From: Octopus vulgaris
Taxonomy: Eukaryota
Length of the DNA: 64,000 nt
Reading direction: 5' to 3'
Assembly: GCA_951406725.2 (NCBI GenBank)
Contig: OX597837.1
Span: 34,906,001-34,970,000, forward strand
In this document: positions 36,239 to 50,795 of the stretch, piece by piece
How the letters are laid out: every line of letters begins with the position of its first letter
Numbering within the stretch: position 1 is the first letter of the stretch
Translations under genes and position numbers: made by a program
Notes under the pieces: model-generated
Seen by the model: the letters and a program-made list of their open reading frames with translations, nothing else
The model's database searches: none
Told to the model about the DNA's origin: nothing

Positions 36239-38439
36239 AGATATGGTTCACTGGCCATGTGCTTTGACTACTGCAAGACAGACATGCTATCATTGTGAGG
36301 AGGAAAGAGACCAAGGGGAGGACCAAGGTAGATGTGGTACAGTATATCCCTGGACCAACATCATAGTGTTGGGAGTAGGCCTGAACGAAACCAGGTGGAA
36401 GGCAAGCAACTGAGATGTCTGGAGAAAGCTCATTGCTCATTGTGCTGATAGCACTGGGGGATCCAAGAGCCCTTATCTGTTGCTGTTTCAATAAGGTTTT
36501 GTATGTTGTCTCAAAAGAGAGTAACAGTGGACAATGTAATGTGCACTGCTAACACAGTAGAACATGGTATTAGTTTATGAAAATGTTTACTAGACTTTAT
36601 AGTATATTATGGTTGCATAATGAAACACCATGACCCTGCAAGTCATAAACATGAGAGTACAAACCAATGAAGAAATGAGAGGGTAACTATATGACTGCTA
36701 CACTTCTAAACATAGCAGCTAACTGTCCTTTGAGTCACACCTTTGCAAAATTGCAAACTATGTACGTGCTGAGTAATGTAGTCCAAAATACATTGGTTTA
36801 TAAATTAAAATACTAGATGGTCATGGTTGGAATATCTTTGAGTCTTGGTCTACTGGATAACAATTGACTGAGGGCTAAATAGCAATAACATTGTGAACCA
36901 ATGTGGGAGCCTAAGTAGTCACATAACCAGCTCAAAATAGCTGTTGATTTCCTCCTCAAATCAAACCCTGTTGTCTTAGAAAGGGAAACACACATTGGAT
37001 ATTGTAGTTTTAGATACACAATGCCTGAATAAAAGAACAGACGGCCACAGTTTCAACATGCCTGTTCTAGAACTGCTGGATCAGAGCTGACCTGAGGTTC
37101 AACAACAACAAACAGTTTTGAAATCTCAAGACAACAAAGGAGCCTCTATGCCAGTGTTTCTCGAGGCGGGAGAGGTGTATACCTACTGGTGGGGCACAGC
37201 AATATTTTGGTAGGGAGGGGCTTACTTCAAAATGGATCATTTGTAAGTAACAAATGAATAAGACTTGCAAAAATGTCATAATTAAAATTTCTTTTGAATA
37301 TATATATAAATCATTGTAATTAGTTTAACTGTTGTATGTCCAAATTTGGCCAAATGCATTTCTTTCAATATTCATTTTTTTCTTGCAATAGTTGGTTCTT
37401 TTCGTCAAACTATCATATCTCCAGCAGTTTCAGATGCCAAAATATCAAAAATTGTCAAAGTGTAGTACAACGGTTTTACTATGGAATGGTGAAACTATTT
37501 TTTTATTTTCTGAAAAAGCAATGTTTTGGACTTACAACACTTTTACATAATAGCAATGCCAGAGCAGCTAACTGGCTTCTGTGCCGGTGGCACATAAAAG
37601 CACCCACTACACTCTTGGAGTGGTTGGCGTTAGGAAGGGCATCCAGCTGTAGAAACTCTGCCAGATCAAGATTGGAGCTTGGTGCAGCCATCTGGTTTGC
37701 CAGCCCTCAGTCAAATCATCCAACCCATGCTGGCATGGAAAGCAGACATTAAACGATGTATATATATCTTTTCTTTTAACCATTTCAGTCACAGAACTTT
37801 GACCTGGCTGGTGCCCCACCTTCAAGTACTTAGTTTTTCAAGTCTAGTACTGATTCTCTTATTATCTTTTGCCATACCACTAAGTTGTGGCGATGTAAAC
37901 AAACCAACATCAGTTGCTGGAGGTGGGGGTCAGAAACAAATGCATATAATTAATATAAAGACATATATACATCAGGCTTCCACACAGTTTCTGTTTACCA
38001 AATTCACTCACAAGGCATTGGTTGGCCCAGGTCTCTTGTAGAAGACACTTGTCCAAGGTGCTGAACTTGAATCCTGTGGTCACAAAGCAAGCTTCTTAAC
38101 CACCCAATCTAATTTTGTTAATTTGTAGGAGGACAGATATTTTAGGGCTAAAATCAAAGTGACATGCAGGGCCAAAAATAGGTCAAGAAACACTCTCTTT
38201 GCAGTCACTCCACTTGCTAAAAAATTAGATACCAAATCCTCCTCAAAATACTCCCTACTGCAGTCATAAAAAGGACTCACTAGCCACTGCTTGAAAAAAA
38301 AAAATGAAAAAGCATGGGCTGACCATGGTTGGGATGTCTCAGATCATAGGTCTTCTCGGTCAGGGGCTGACCTGATTTAGCACAACAACAACAGCAATCA
38401 CTCATAGATATATAGTTGACTGGTTTCATGCCTGCATTT

Positions 38440-38628
38440 GTTGTGAGCTAGGTTAATAGATTGTATGTGTTTGTTGTAATGTAAGCTGATAGGTTTTATG
38501 AATGTGTTTGTTGTGAGATAGGTTGATATGCTTTATGTATGTGTTCATTGTGAGATAGGTTGATAGGCTACATGTAAATGTTTGCTGTGATATAGGTTGA
38601 TATATATTTTATGCCTGTGTTGTTGATA
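38440..38628. repeat. Degenerate about 32 bp minisatellite
   Basis: Repeated tgtgagataggttgat..atgtgtttgt units. Confidence 0.7.
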
Positions 38629-39200
38629 AATGATATCTTCTTTATCTTTTTATCTTTTACTTGTTTCAGTCATTTGACTGCGGCCATGCTGGAGCACCAC
38701 CTTTAGTCGAGCAAATCGACCCCGGGACTCATTCTTTTGTAAGCCTAGTACTTATTCTATCGGTCTCTTTTGCCGAACCGCTAAGTGACGGGGACGAAAA
38801 CACACCAGCATCGGTTGTCAAGCAATGCTAGGGGGACAAACACAGACACAGACATATATATATATATTATATATATACATATATATGACAGACTTCTTTC
38901 AGTTTCTATCTACCAAATTCACTCACAAGGCATATGTATGTATGTGTTTGCTGTGCTGTTTAATTTAATCGGTGAGAAATATAATCTAACCCATATTCCA
39001 AGAGACTGTCAAATAGAAACAAAGAACTGCATAGCAGAGTGGTGAAACCCAACAAAACCAAGATATAGAAAGAGAGACAGACATAGGCACACACAGATAG
39101 AAGGACAGACATACTCAGACAGAGACAGCCAGACATCTGCATACCAACACAGGCTTACACAATCAGACAAACATACAAAGCCATAAATATATATATATAT

Positions 39201-39366
39201 AGGCGCAGGAGTGGCTGTGTGGTAAGTAGCTTGCTAACCAACCACATGGTTCCGGGTTCAGTCCCACTGCGTGGCATCTTGGGCAAGTGTCTTCTGCTAT
39301 AGCCCCGGGCCGACCAATGCCTTGTGAGTGGATTTGGTAGACGGAAACTGAAAGAAGCCTGTCATA

Positions 39367-39408
<42 letters not shown>

Positions 39409-39618
39409 GGTGCTTGTGTGTCTGTGTTTGTCCCCCTAGCATTGCTTGACAACCAATGCTGGTGTGTTTACATCCCCGTCACTTAGCAGTTCGGCAACAG
39501 AGACTGATAGAATAAGTACTGGGCTTACAAAGAATAAGTCCCAGGGTCAATTTGCTCGACTAAAGGCGGTGCTCCAGCATGGCCGCAGTCAAATGACTGA
39601 AACAAGTAAAAAGTAAAA

Positions 39619-39620
<2 letters not shown>
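39201..39620 (+). mobile_element. SINE family A, full-length reference copy
   Basis: AGGCGCAGGAGTGGCTGTGTGGTAAG head, GGTTCAGTCCC B-box-like, CORE-like segment; further copies at about 11370, 13100, 16395, 26782, 37780, 38650, 42870, 52540, 53915, 55480 and 61320. Confidence 0.9.
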
Positions 39621-39662
<42 letters not shown>

Positions 39663-40482
39663 ACTCATACCCAGAGATAGATAGATAGATAGATAGACAG
39701 ATAGATAGATAGACATGTGGCTGTGGGTGTGTAAATGAGTAAAAATATACCAGTGAAGTATGAAGGGATGTGGGTAGGTGGATGGAGGAATAAAAGCATG
39801 TAATAAGAGGTCACAGAATGTTCTCATTCCTACCACAAAAGACAGATAATTAATGAACAGCAACAGTAACAATAATCTAGATACCTTTAGTTATCTTACA
39901 ATGAAACAGGTTTCAACAGATGATGAACCAGAATATAGCCAAACTCTAAAGCCTTTTCTGTTCATTAAAAAAAAATAGTGTTTGTATTAATGCATTCTAG
40001 TGGTTTACGCACACAATATATAAATATATACATATAAATAAGGAGAGAGAGAGAGAGGAAGGGGGGGAGGGAGGGAGAGAGAGAGAGAATGCAGGCATGG
40101 TTGCGTAGCTAACAAGTTTGTTTCCAAACCACTAGCTGTTACCTTGAGCAAATGTCTTTTACTATAGCACTGGGCCAACCAAAGCCTAGTGAATTTGGTA
40201 GACGGAAACTGCTCCCACTTTAGGCACAAAGCCAGCAGTTTTGGGGGTAAAGGATTAGCTCAATAACACCAACCCCCCACCCTCCACTCCAGTACTTGAC
40301 TGGTACTTTATCCTATCAATCCTGGAAGGATGAATTGCAAAGTCAGCCCTCATAAGATTAGAACTCAGAACATAAAGAGTTAGAAGAAATATCACACGGC
40401 TTTCTTTTTTATGATGCTCTAATGATTTGGCCAATGCATTTGGTCAAATTTGGACATACAACAGTTAAACTAATAATGATTG

Positions 40483-40853
40483 TGGAGGCGCAATGGCCCA
40501 GTGGTTAGGGCAGTGGACTCGCGGTTTTGATTCCCAGACCGGGCGTTGTGAGTGTTTATTGAGCGAAAACACCTAAAAAACTCCACGAGGCTCCGGCAGG
40601 GGATGGTGGTGATCTCTGCTGTACTCTTTCACCACAACTTTCTCTCACTCTTACTTCCTTTTTCTGTTGTACCTGTATTTCAAAGGACTGGCCTTGTCAC
40701 TCTCTGTGTCACGCTGAATATCCCTGAGAACTACGTTAAGGGTGCACGTGTCTGTGGAGTGCTCAGCCACTTACACGTTAATTTCACGAGCAGGCTGTTC
40801 CGTTGATTCGGATCAACCGGAACCCTCATCGTCGTAACCGACGGAGTGCTTCC
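40483..40853 (+). mobile_element. SINE with family C head and type X tail
   Basis: Head matches 22428 and 43600; 3' part matches the tail of 19797-20122. Confidence 0.8.
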
Positions 40854-41011
40854 ACAGTACTGGAGTTCATAATAAAAGATCATATGCATGGCTGCAGTCT
40901 AATGATTGAAACAAGTAAAACACACACACACACACACACACATTCTGCTTCAGAGATTGAATCTTCTTGTGTTTTTAAAACCAAACATAATGTATTATGT
41001 GTTTGTGTATG

Positions 41012-41046
<35 letters not shown>

Positions 41047-41283
41047 TTCTCAAGTATATGTCAAAGAATGGTGCACACAACTGCAAAGTAAAGCAATAAA
41101 ACTGGTGCATTCAATCAAAATTGCACTAAGGAATTTGTTCCAGCTGAGTTGTGCAGGTCATGCCTTGCCCCTTGTCACTCTGACTGTCAAATTACACTGG
41201 ACCAGTGGTCAGCCTGTTGGAAACCTATAACTAATGTCACTGTCATTCAAATAACAATAATAATAATAATAATAATAATAAAA

Positions 41284-41352
<69 letters not shown>

Positions 41353-41560
41353 AATAAATAGTTTTAAACTGACCAAGCAGGAGATCAAGTAGTAAGACCA
41401 GTTGTTGAGCACTAAAATAACCCCCAACTGACTGATCAACCAAAACAGACAGACAGATAGCATGCTGTTCAACCAACCATATAACCAGCCAGTCAGCCAG
41501 TCAGCCAACCAAGACCTAGGTTAATTACACTTTACATCACACAACTCATCATGTTAAATT

Positions 41561-41600
<40 letters not shown>

Positions 41601-41778
41601 CATACCCAAATGCAGACATGCATATGAACCAACCGGACAACTACCCAAACAACCAATCAACCTGAGAGACAGCCAACTAACCACCCAGATAGCTGCACCA
41701 TCAGACAGCTGTTCAACTGGCCAATATGTTAAACAGCCTGCCAGGCCATCCAAGCAATCAACCAATTAATGAGCCAGA

Positions 41779-42192
41779 GGTTAATAGGGGAAGTCTCTAT
41801 ATGGTTGCACAGCATGCTAGAATATGCAGCCAAATCATAACCTGTTTTCTTAAAAAGTGATGGATTTATTGCAGAATGAAATACCGGATAAACTATGGCT
41901 AAAACGGGATGGTCACGTTAACCCTTGGGAGACGACAGAGATGGTCTATGAGCCAAAAAGTCAAATGACGAAAAAGACAGCTGAAGGTTAATAGGGGAAG
42001 TCTCTATATGGTTGCACAGCATGCTAGAATATGCAGCCAAATCATAACCTGTTTTCTTAAAAAGTGATGGATTTATTGCAGAATGAAGTACCGGATAAAC
42101 TATGGCTAAAATAGGATGGTCACATTAACCCTTGGGAGACGACAGAGGTGGTCTATGAGCCAAAAAGTCAAATGACGAAAAAGACAACTGAA
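41779..42192. repeat. 207 bp tandem duplication spanning a piggyBac left end
   Basis: 41779-41985 is near-identical to 41986-42192. Confidence 0.95.
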
Positions 42193-43435
42193 CTGATCTG
42201 TCGGCCTGATAATACAAGTCTCGAGATTAGCTGGCTGGTCTTTGTACCAGCCAATCAGATTGCTTCTTGCATTACTTGTACATCTGGGCCTTGCAATGGT
42301 GGCTTCCATGATAGTTTGCTGTTCTGTGATTTTATATTGATTTTTTTTGTGTTTAACCCTTTCATTACCAACCTGGCTGAAACCGGCTCTGGCTTTGTAG
42401 TACAAATGTCTTGTTTTCAAAAGTTTTGAATTAAAATCTTCCACCAAACCTTAGTCACAATTTATGTTCCTAACACTAGCTTGAACGATAACTAAGTTAT
42501 TTTACTAAATTCTTTGTTATATTTAAAGTAATTGAAAGAAACACAGAGCATCTCAAAATAAATACAGTAACAAAAGGGTTAAAGTAAGCATCTTGAAATT
42601 TCACCAAGTCCAACAGTGAAACAGATGAAAATATCCTCAGAGGTGTCTGATTTCTCTCAATCTAGCAGTGAATCTGACACCGAAACTAGTGAAAAACAAC
42701 CAGGAAAGTAATGAAGAAGATCAAAATGACAATGGTGATGGAGATAATGTTGTGAAGCATTGGTTTAGGATTAGGGATACTGAACTAGAGATGACCCTTA
42801 TGAATTCTTAGAAAATATAGAGCCTAGAAATATACCACAAGGCATAAGCATCCCAGTGGAACATTTTATACTCTTACTCTTTTACTTGTTTCAGTCATTT
42901 GACTACGGCCATGCTGGAGCACCACCTTTAATCGAGCAACTCGATCCCGGGACTTATTCTTTGTAAGCCCAGTACTTATTCTATCAGTCTCTTTTTGCCG
43001 AACTGCTAAGTGACGGGGACATAAACACACCAGCATCAGTTGTCAAGCAATGCTAGGGGGACAAACACAGACACACAAACACACACGCATATATATATAT
43101 ATATATATATACATATATACGACGGGCTTCTTTCAGTTTCCGTCTACCAAATCCACTCACAAGGCTTTGGTCGGCCTGAGGCTATAGTAGAAGACACTTG
43201 CCCAAGGTGCCACGCAGTGGGACTGAACCCGGAACTATGTGGTTCGTAAGCAAGCTACTTACCACACAGCCACGCTGTTTTACACATGGAATTTCATTGA
43301 AATGTTTGTCAGAAAGACCAATAAGTATGCTGTTAACTTTCTCAGGAACACTCAGCTCAAGAGGAGGTTCCGAGGTCATAAATGGCTGTGTCTTCTTGGC
43401 ACTGAAACTCCAAATAAGGCTTCATCTCCAAAGGG
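42129..43435 (+). mobile_element. Internally deleted piggyBac-type transposon with nested MITE (42357-42578) and SINE A (about 42870-43275)
   Basis: TTAA|CCCTTGGGAGACG..CATCTCCAAAGGG|TTAA; acidic Ser-rich remnant SDFSQSSSESDTETSE typical of the piggyBac transposase N-terminus. Confidence 0.7.
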
Positions 43436-43599
43436 TTAAGAATGCCTTTGATAACAAGGCTACTAGAACTTCACCGAACTTAAACCTCAAACAGTGAGTC
43501 AGAATTTGGTAGTGTAATTTATTAATGATTTATATATTTTTTAAATTTATGTTTTAATTAGGTAATCGATGCCCTGGAATCAATATCTTGTAAATATAG

Positions 43600-43912
43600 T
43601 GGAGGCGCAATGGCCCAGTGATTAGGGCAGTGGACTCACGGTTGTAGGATCGTGGTTTCGATTCCCAGACCGGGCGTTGTGAGTGTTTATTGAGTGAAAA
43701 CACCTAAAGCTCCACGAGGCTCCGGCAGGGAGTGGTGGCAATCCCTGCTGTACTCTTTCACTACAACTTTCTCTCACTCTTTCTTCTGTTGGCCTGCTCG
43801 CTTAGCCGGCAGAGTGGCATCATTTGAAGGCTAAAACAATGTGAAGCGCATTGTGACCAGCGATGTGTAGCAACATCTGATAGCCTGGTCACTCACGGTG
43901 ATCACGGTGATA
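43600..43912 (+). mobile_element. SINE family C (tail type Z)
   Basis: Homologous to 22428-22706. Confidence 0.85.
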
Positions 43913-44312
43913 TGGAATAACATTTATGTGTAATCAACTTAACTGTATTCAACTAACCTTGGCATATAAATGTGACATGACAGCAGGTAAAAAACTACAT
44001 TCATAATGTACACCAACAATCATATCAACAGATTTCATCAAAATTCATGCGGTAATTTATATTTTTTTTATATTAGACTCACTACATTTCATTAAAATCT
44101 CTGGCTTGAAATTGGGAGATTTAAGTAGAAAAAGCACTATGGAAGTTTAAGAGTTAAAAATTATACATCTGGCACCACCCTTAATAAAATTACCTATCTG
44201 GCACACCATTAATAAAAAGCATTAAGCATTTGGCACTACCCTTAATAAATAAAATTAAATGGGTGCTACCTTCCCTCCTGACTAAAAAGATTAAAAATAC
44301 TGCAAAATTTAA

Positions 44313-45033
44313 CCCTTCTGATACCATATTTCTGTTGATATACACTGCTCTATTTTGAAAATAATGAAAAATTTAGTAAAATATCTTATTTCGGCCAGAG
44401 TTCTTTCATCACACTCCTGTGACCGCATCAGTGGTCCTTTGTTTTCTTCTTTCTTATTTGTGCCTCTCCTTACTAATCGTCAGCCATTTTGTCAGTCGAA
44501 ATAAGATTAAGATTAATGTAAAAAATAAATAACAATTTAGTAATTATGTTTGGAACATAAATGAAATTTTGATGGAAGGTTTTCATTTAGATCACTTTAA
44601 CCCATTTGTTGAAGTACACTACCTTTGTGTCAATTAATTTTCAAACTAACGAACAATTTAGAAAAATAACTTTGTCACTATTAACCCTTTCGTTACTGCA
44701 TTTATTTTGAGATGCTCTGTGTTTCTTTCAATTACTTTAAATATAACAAAGAATTTAGTAAAATAACTTAGTTATCATTAAACAAGTGTTAGGAACGTAA
44801 ATTGTGACTAAGGTTTGGTGGAAGACTTTCATTCAAAACTTTTGAAAACATGACATTTGTACCACAGAGCAAGAGCCGGTTTCAGCCGGGTTGGTATCAA
44901 AAGGGTTAAGCTGGTGTTTGAAACAAATTAACATGAAATTTTGGCGAAAGGTTTCGATTTAGCTTACTCTAAAACAGGAAGTGGGTAGTCATAGAACCAG
45001 AGGTGGTCTTGGGCGGGTTGATATCAAAAGGGT
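44313..45033. mobile_element. Nest of related TTAA MITEs; young copy 44685-44905 sits inside older relatives
   Basis: Outer TTAA|CCCTTCTGATA..TATCAAAAGGG; inner copy with TTAA on both sides. Confidence 0.75.
44395..44434 (-). ncRNA. Hammerhead-like motif with position 9 substitution, in a 125 bp insert with short inverted ends
   Basis: cca-CTGATGC-g-gtcaca(ggag)tgtgat-GAAA-GAAC-TC-tgg; insert bounded by atcttatttcg/cgaaataagat. Confidence 0.6.
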
Positions 45034-45762
45034 TTATAATGGCAACCCAATCCAATAACCAAAGTGTACTAAAGCTGACACTCAATGAATGACCAGTACT
45101 ACTTAATCCACAATGGCAACATTATATTGTTGTTTAACTCCAGATCAACCCTGATTCAACAGATATACATTGATCAAAGACATTCCAACTGCGACCAACC
45201 TATACCACTTTTTTATATAGATATAGTGTATTTATGATATCATCTCTTTCTAATACAGGCAGTGCATGATTTGAGGAAGTTTTAGTTCCTGTTTAGTTTA
45301 CCATTTCTTGCAGGCCAAATGACTGCATAGGAGCCTGTTTATGGTGGTGGTAATGATGATGATGATAGTGTCAACATAATAGATGACAATGTCAGTTTCA
45401 ACAAACAAAACACACCCACTCACTCACCCTCTCTACACAACAAATACAGCAACAGTATTAATGCTACCACCAGCAATAACAATGAATATAAGGATTTCAA
45501 ATTCTGGCATAAGGCTGGCAAGTTGGGGGTGTAGGTAAGTTGATTACATTGACCCCAGTACTCAACTGGTACTTATTTTATCAACCCCAAAAGGATGGAA
45601 GGCAAAGTTGACTTCAGCGGAATTTGAACTCAGAACATAAAGGCAAATGAAATGTTGCTAAGCATTTTGCCCTGTGTGCTAACAATTCTGCTAGCTTGCC
45701 ACCTTAATAATAATAATAATAATAATAATAATGTTGATGATGATAATAATAATAATGATAGC

Positions 45763-46092
45763 AAAAGGGGCTGATTCCTACCTAGCTCTGTTGATAGAAA
45801 AGGGGCTGATTCCGACCTAGTTCAGATACCAGGAAACCTCTAATGGCAGAAATTCAAAAGACAGTGCTCATAGGAACTGCCCATATCCTACATAAAATAC
45901 TGTCTTTGTAATCTCAAGTTTTAAAACAAACTTATAATTTTCTTAAACATTCTCTAGAACAATACTATGTGCAAAACTAAATATATGACACCTTAGGCAT
46001 AACACCAGCATGAACTTTTGACTTTTTGTCTCTTGAGATCTCTGGGTGAGACATGAAGTCAACTTGTAACAATTACAAAGCAAAAGTCTAAC

Positions 46093-46093
<1 letters not shown>
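45763..46093 (+). mobile_element. R4/Dong-type LINE 3' fragment within an (AAT)n array
   Basis: QIPGN..MAEIQKTVLIGTAHILHKILSL* plus 3' UTR; AAT repeats on both sides. Confidence 0.75.
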
Positions 46094-46142
<49 letters not shown>

Positions 46143-46700
46143 TGCCCTGATGCAGTACCAGGCAGTGGCTCTCATGGCTTCTGATCTTAACTGATTGGAA
46201 GTGTTATCATGTACATTGTTTTGTCGTGGTATAAAAGATGGGCTACAGCAAATATTCTGCTCAATACCACAGATTTGCTTGTCAGTTGTTTGACCTTAAC
46301 CAGTTGAGCATGTCCCTTAGTGGCTGACGATATGTGCATCTCTGATCACGAGCAGAAGTAGTGGGGGAGCATCATAGCCATGTGTTGAGAGGGATTCTTT
46401 GGAGTTTGAATGGTTCACCTCTGGAAACATAGGTGTTTTGTTCAACATCCTAAAGCAACCCTTATTCAGGGACCTTTTGAGCAGGATGGGCTACTCAACC
46501 TGAAGAAAATTCTAACTGGGCCCCACCTGCAAGGTCATGTGCTGTTTATCTTGATATGAGATCACCATGTCGCGCACATATGGTTGTGATGCATGTGCCT
46601 GGTGTACCTTTATCAGACGGGTAGTCATGATGGGTATATTGGGCTTCGTATATTTTACCCCAGTGTCACTTTGATGGCATGAACTGCTCTCTCACTCAAT
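46143..46700 (+). mobile_element. Unclassified retroposon fragment inserted in (AAT)n
   Basis: About 560 bp of higher-GC non-coding sequence bounded by AAT arrays. Confidence 0.5.
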
Positions 46701-46949
46701 AATAATAATAATAATAATAATGGTTTCAAATTTTGGCATGAGGCCAGTAATTTAGGAGTGGGGTGTAAGTCGATTACAAAGACCCTAGTGATCAACTGGT
46801 ACTTATTTTATCAACCCTGAAAGGATGAAAAGCAGAGTGGTCTATGGCAGAATTTGAACTTGGAACATAAAGATGGATGAAATGCTGCTAAGCATTTTGC
46901 CTGGCATGCTAATGATTCTGCCAGCTCACTGCCTTACTACTACTACTAC

Positions 46950-46995
<46 letters not shown>

Positions 46996-49097
46996 GATAA
47001 TGATGATGATGATGATTTCAAATTTTGGTACAAGACCAATAATTTTGTCGGTCTCAGTGTTCAAATGGTGCTCATTTTATCAAACCTCCACCAAAAGGAT
47101 GAAAGGCAAAGTTGACCCTGCCAGAATTTGAACTCAGAACGTAAAGATGGACAAAATGCCACAAAGCATTTTGCCTGGCATGCTAACAATTCTGCCAGAT
47201 TGCCGACTTAATAATAATGATAATAATAATACCAACAACAACAACAATAACAACAACAATAATAATAATAATTACAATAATTAAAAAGAAGATTACTGGT
47301 AAAGCAATGATGGAGATGAAACTGATTAAGACAAAGGCTCCCCCCCTCCCCACTTCCATCTACAGCAACAACGATAACACTTGTTGCTGATAGTAGCACT
47401 GGTAATAGATAACAGAAAATGTTGATGATGTTGCCAATGATGGTGATGGCAATAATGATAATTGTAAAGAAAGCAGTGATTGCGATAGCAGTGATGATTA
47501 TAAGGATAAGGATGATTATAAGAGCAATAATGATGGCCATGATGATGATGATGGCAATAATGAAAGCTATAATGATAGTGATGATGATGATGATGATGAT
47601 GGTGAAAATGGTAACTCTAATCACAGTGATATCTGATAGAGATGATGATGATGATGGCCAATAGTGTTAATTACAACGACAGCAATGATCATGATTATGA
47701 TGGTTATGAGGATGATGATGTTTATGATAGCAATATGATGACCATGGCGATGATGATGGTGATGATGATGATGATGATGATGATGACAGAAGGTGATGAT
47801 AATTTTATGCAAACAAGATAAACTTTTTTTCCTCGTTTTCATCTATTTTCGCTCACTGTCTCTCCACAAAGTCCATCGTTGACTTGCTCTAATCAATGAA
47901 ATAACACTTTCAAACTAGAATTTAGCTTTGCTTCAACAACACCAAGGCACCAACCCTCTGCCTTTCCCCGGCTCTGGCAGCTGCTTAATAACCAAACTGG
48001 CAATATTTTAGTAGAATGGTAAACAAGAACAACAATAACAATAAATGGTGAAGAAGTGAGAAAAGGAGGAAGAGGAAGACGAGAAGGAGGAGGGGTATAG
48101 GGATGGGAAGAGGGACAGCGTTGCCAATAATATATTTTTGGTATGGTTACAAGAACAATCAACAGTGTTAAATAGAGATGGCACCTTTTGGGCAGAAACA
48201 AAGAAAATGAACAAAAGAAAACTAAACCAAAAAAGAAAAAAATACAAGAACAAAAAAGAAAAAATAAATGAAAAAATAATTACAAAGAAATCTCCAGAAA
48301 AAGGAGAACTCATTTTGCAATCTAATCATGACAACAGAGGAAGCATTTCTTTCACTAAAACTGACAATTACAGCAACAAAAACCTGACCATCACCAATGG
48401 AAGAGGACCTGTACATAGTCCTGGCACCTGCTAAAAATAGCTGCTAAATTTCAACTCCCACCTTATCACCAGAGAGGGGAAGAAAAAAAACACTCGGACA
48501 ATGTGGTCTATAGTATACAAGAAATATGAAAACAAGATGGGATGGCCATGGTTGACACTCTTTTGGTCATAGGTCTGCTGGATTAGGGCTGAAAATTAAC
48601 CCAAACACCAAAAAAAAAACTTAACCATCATTTGCAGATGAATATAGCTTAGTATCAAAGAGGCCCATAGCTTAATGTTTAGGGTGTCAAACTCATGATA
48701 GTGTTTGTGGTTTTAAGATTGCGGTTTCAATTCCTGGACCAGGCTATGTGTTATGTTCTTGTGCAAGACACTTCATTTCATTTTGTCCCAGTCCACTCAA
48801 CTAGCAAAAGTGAGTGACTCTGAGACAGACCAAGATCCTGCCCAGGGCTGATAAACTAAGTATCAGTTCAGCACTGGGATCAATGTAATTAATTAGCCCC
48901 TTTGTCTAAAATTTCAGGCCTTGTGCCTATAGCAGAAAGGACTATTTCCTTTTCTTTTTTTTTTTTTACACATCTTTTATATAATCCCACACTGTATCAT
49001 CCTATATTGTCCTTGATCTTTTTGTCAACCCACACGGTTAAAAAAGACAGCATTATTATTATTGTTGTTACTACTACTACTACAAATAATAATAATA

Positions 49098-49770
49098 ATC
49101 CTTTCTACTATAGGCATAAGGCCTGAAATTTGGAGGGAGGATGTAAGCCAATTACATCGATGCCAGTGCATAACTGGCACTTATTTAATTGACCCCAACA
49201 GGATGAAAGGCAAAATTGACCTTGGTGGGATTTGAACTCAGAACGTAAAGACAGATGAAATGTCATAAAACATTTTGCCCAGCATGCTAATGGTTCTGCC
49301 AGCTCACTGTCTTACTCATGATAATATTCCTTTGTACTATAGACACAAGGTCTGAAATTTGAGGGGAGGGGGAAAGTCGATTACATTGACTCCAGTATTC
49401 AACTGGTTCTTAATTTATTGACCCTGAAAGGATGAAAAGCAAAGCTGACCTCAGCAGAATTTGAACTCAGAATGTAGCAGCAGACGAAATACTGCTAAGC
49501 ATTTCACCCAGCATGCTAACGATTCTGCCAGCTCGTCACCTTATTCATAATGATAATGATAATGGTTTCAAATTTTGCCACAAAGGTAGAAATCTTGGGG
49601 GAGGGGATGAGCCAATTACAGCGACCCTGGTGTTCTACTGGTACTTATTTTATTGACCCCCAAAAGGTAAAGCTGACCTCAGTGGAATTTGAACTCAGAA
49701 TGTAAAGATGGATGAAATGTCACTAAGCATTTTGCCCAGCATGCTAACAGTTATGCCAACTTATCACCTT
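49098..49770 (-). mobile_element. Head-to-tail run of diverged family B SINEs separated by short AAT tails
   Basis: Three consecutive units; similar clusters at 45490-45705, 46720-47207, 51788-52400 and 62190-62392. Confidence 0.8.
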
Positions 49771-49774
49771 ACTC

Positions 49775-49816
<42 letters not shown>

Positions 49817-50214
49817 GTAATAATGATGCCACCTATAACACTGTGAAATGAACCTTGTTCCACAGTACAGAAAAACACAAGATAAACCATCTTGAACCAC
49901 TGCTTTCACCACTCCACCCATGCCTTCTCCTGTTATCACAGGAGAGAGATACACAGTTCAGTTGCTGAATGGGAGGAAGGTCAAGCATATATAATTTGGC
50001 TCAGCATATATTTTACACACACACACACACACATGCATGCACTGATACACACACAGAGCAAAGACAGGATTACACACAGTTACAGCTACACACATACACA
50101 CACAAACATACACATAGCTTATACACAAGTTACACACACACACACACAAAGCTACACACTTATATAGCTATATGCACACATACAGCTATAGCACACACAC
50201 ATTCTTATACATCT

Positions 50215-50795
50215 AGTCACACACACACACAGCAACACACCAACACGCAAACATGCAATAACACAAACATACAATAACACACACACACACATTCTCCACA
50301 CACATACAATAACACACACACACACATTCTCCACACACATACAATAACACACACACAGAGTAATACACCAACACACATTCTCCACACACAAACATGCAAT
50401 AACACAAACATACAATAACACACACACATACACACAGTAATACACCAACACACACATTCTCCACACCCATACAATAACACACACACACAGAGTAATACAC
50501 CAACACACATTCTCCATACACACACGCACACAGTAAATCTCCACACACATACAATAACACACACAGAGAGTAATACACCAACACACACATACAATAACAC
50601 ATACACACACACAGAGTAATACACCAACACACACATTCTCCACACACATACAATAACACACACACACACACACACAAAGTAATACACCAACACACACATA
50701 CAATAACACACACACTCACACACAGAGTAATACACCAACACACACACACACACACACACACAAACATACAATATCACACACACATACACACACAG
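50215..50795. repeat. CA-rich complex minisatellite
   Basis: Alternating modules acacattctccacacacatacaataac and agagtaatacaccaac. Confidence 0.9.
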
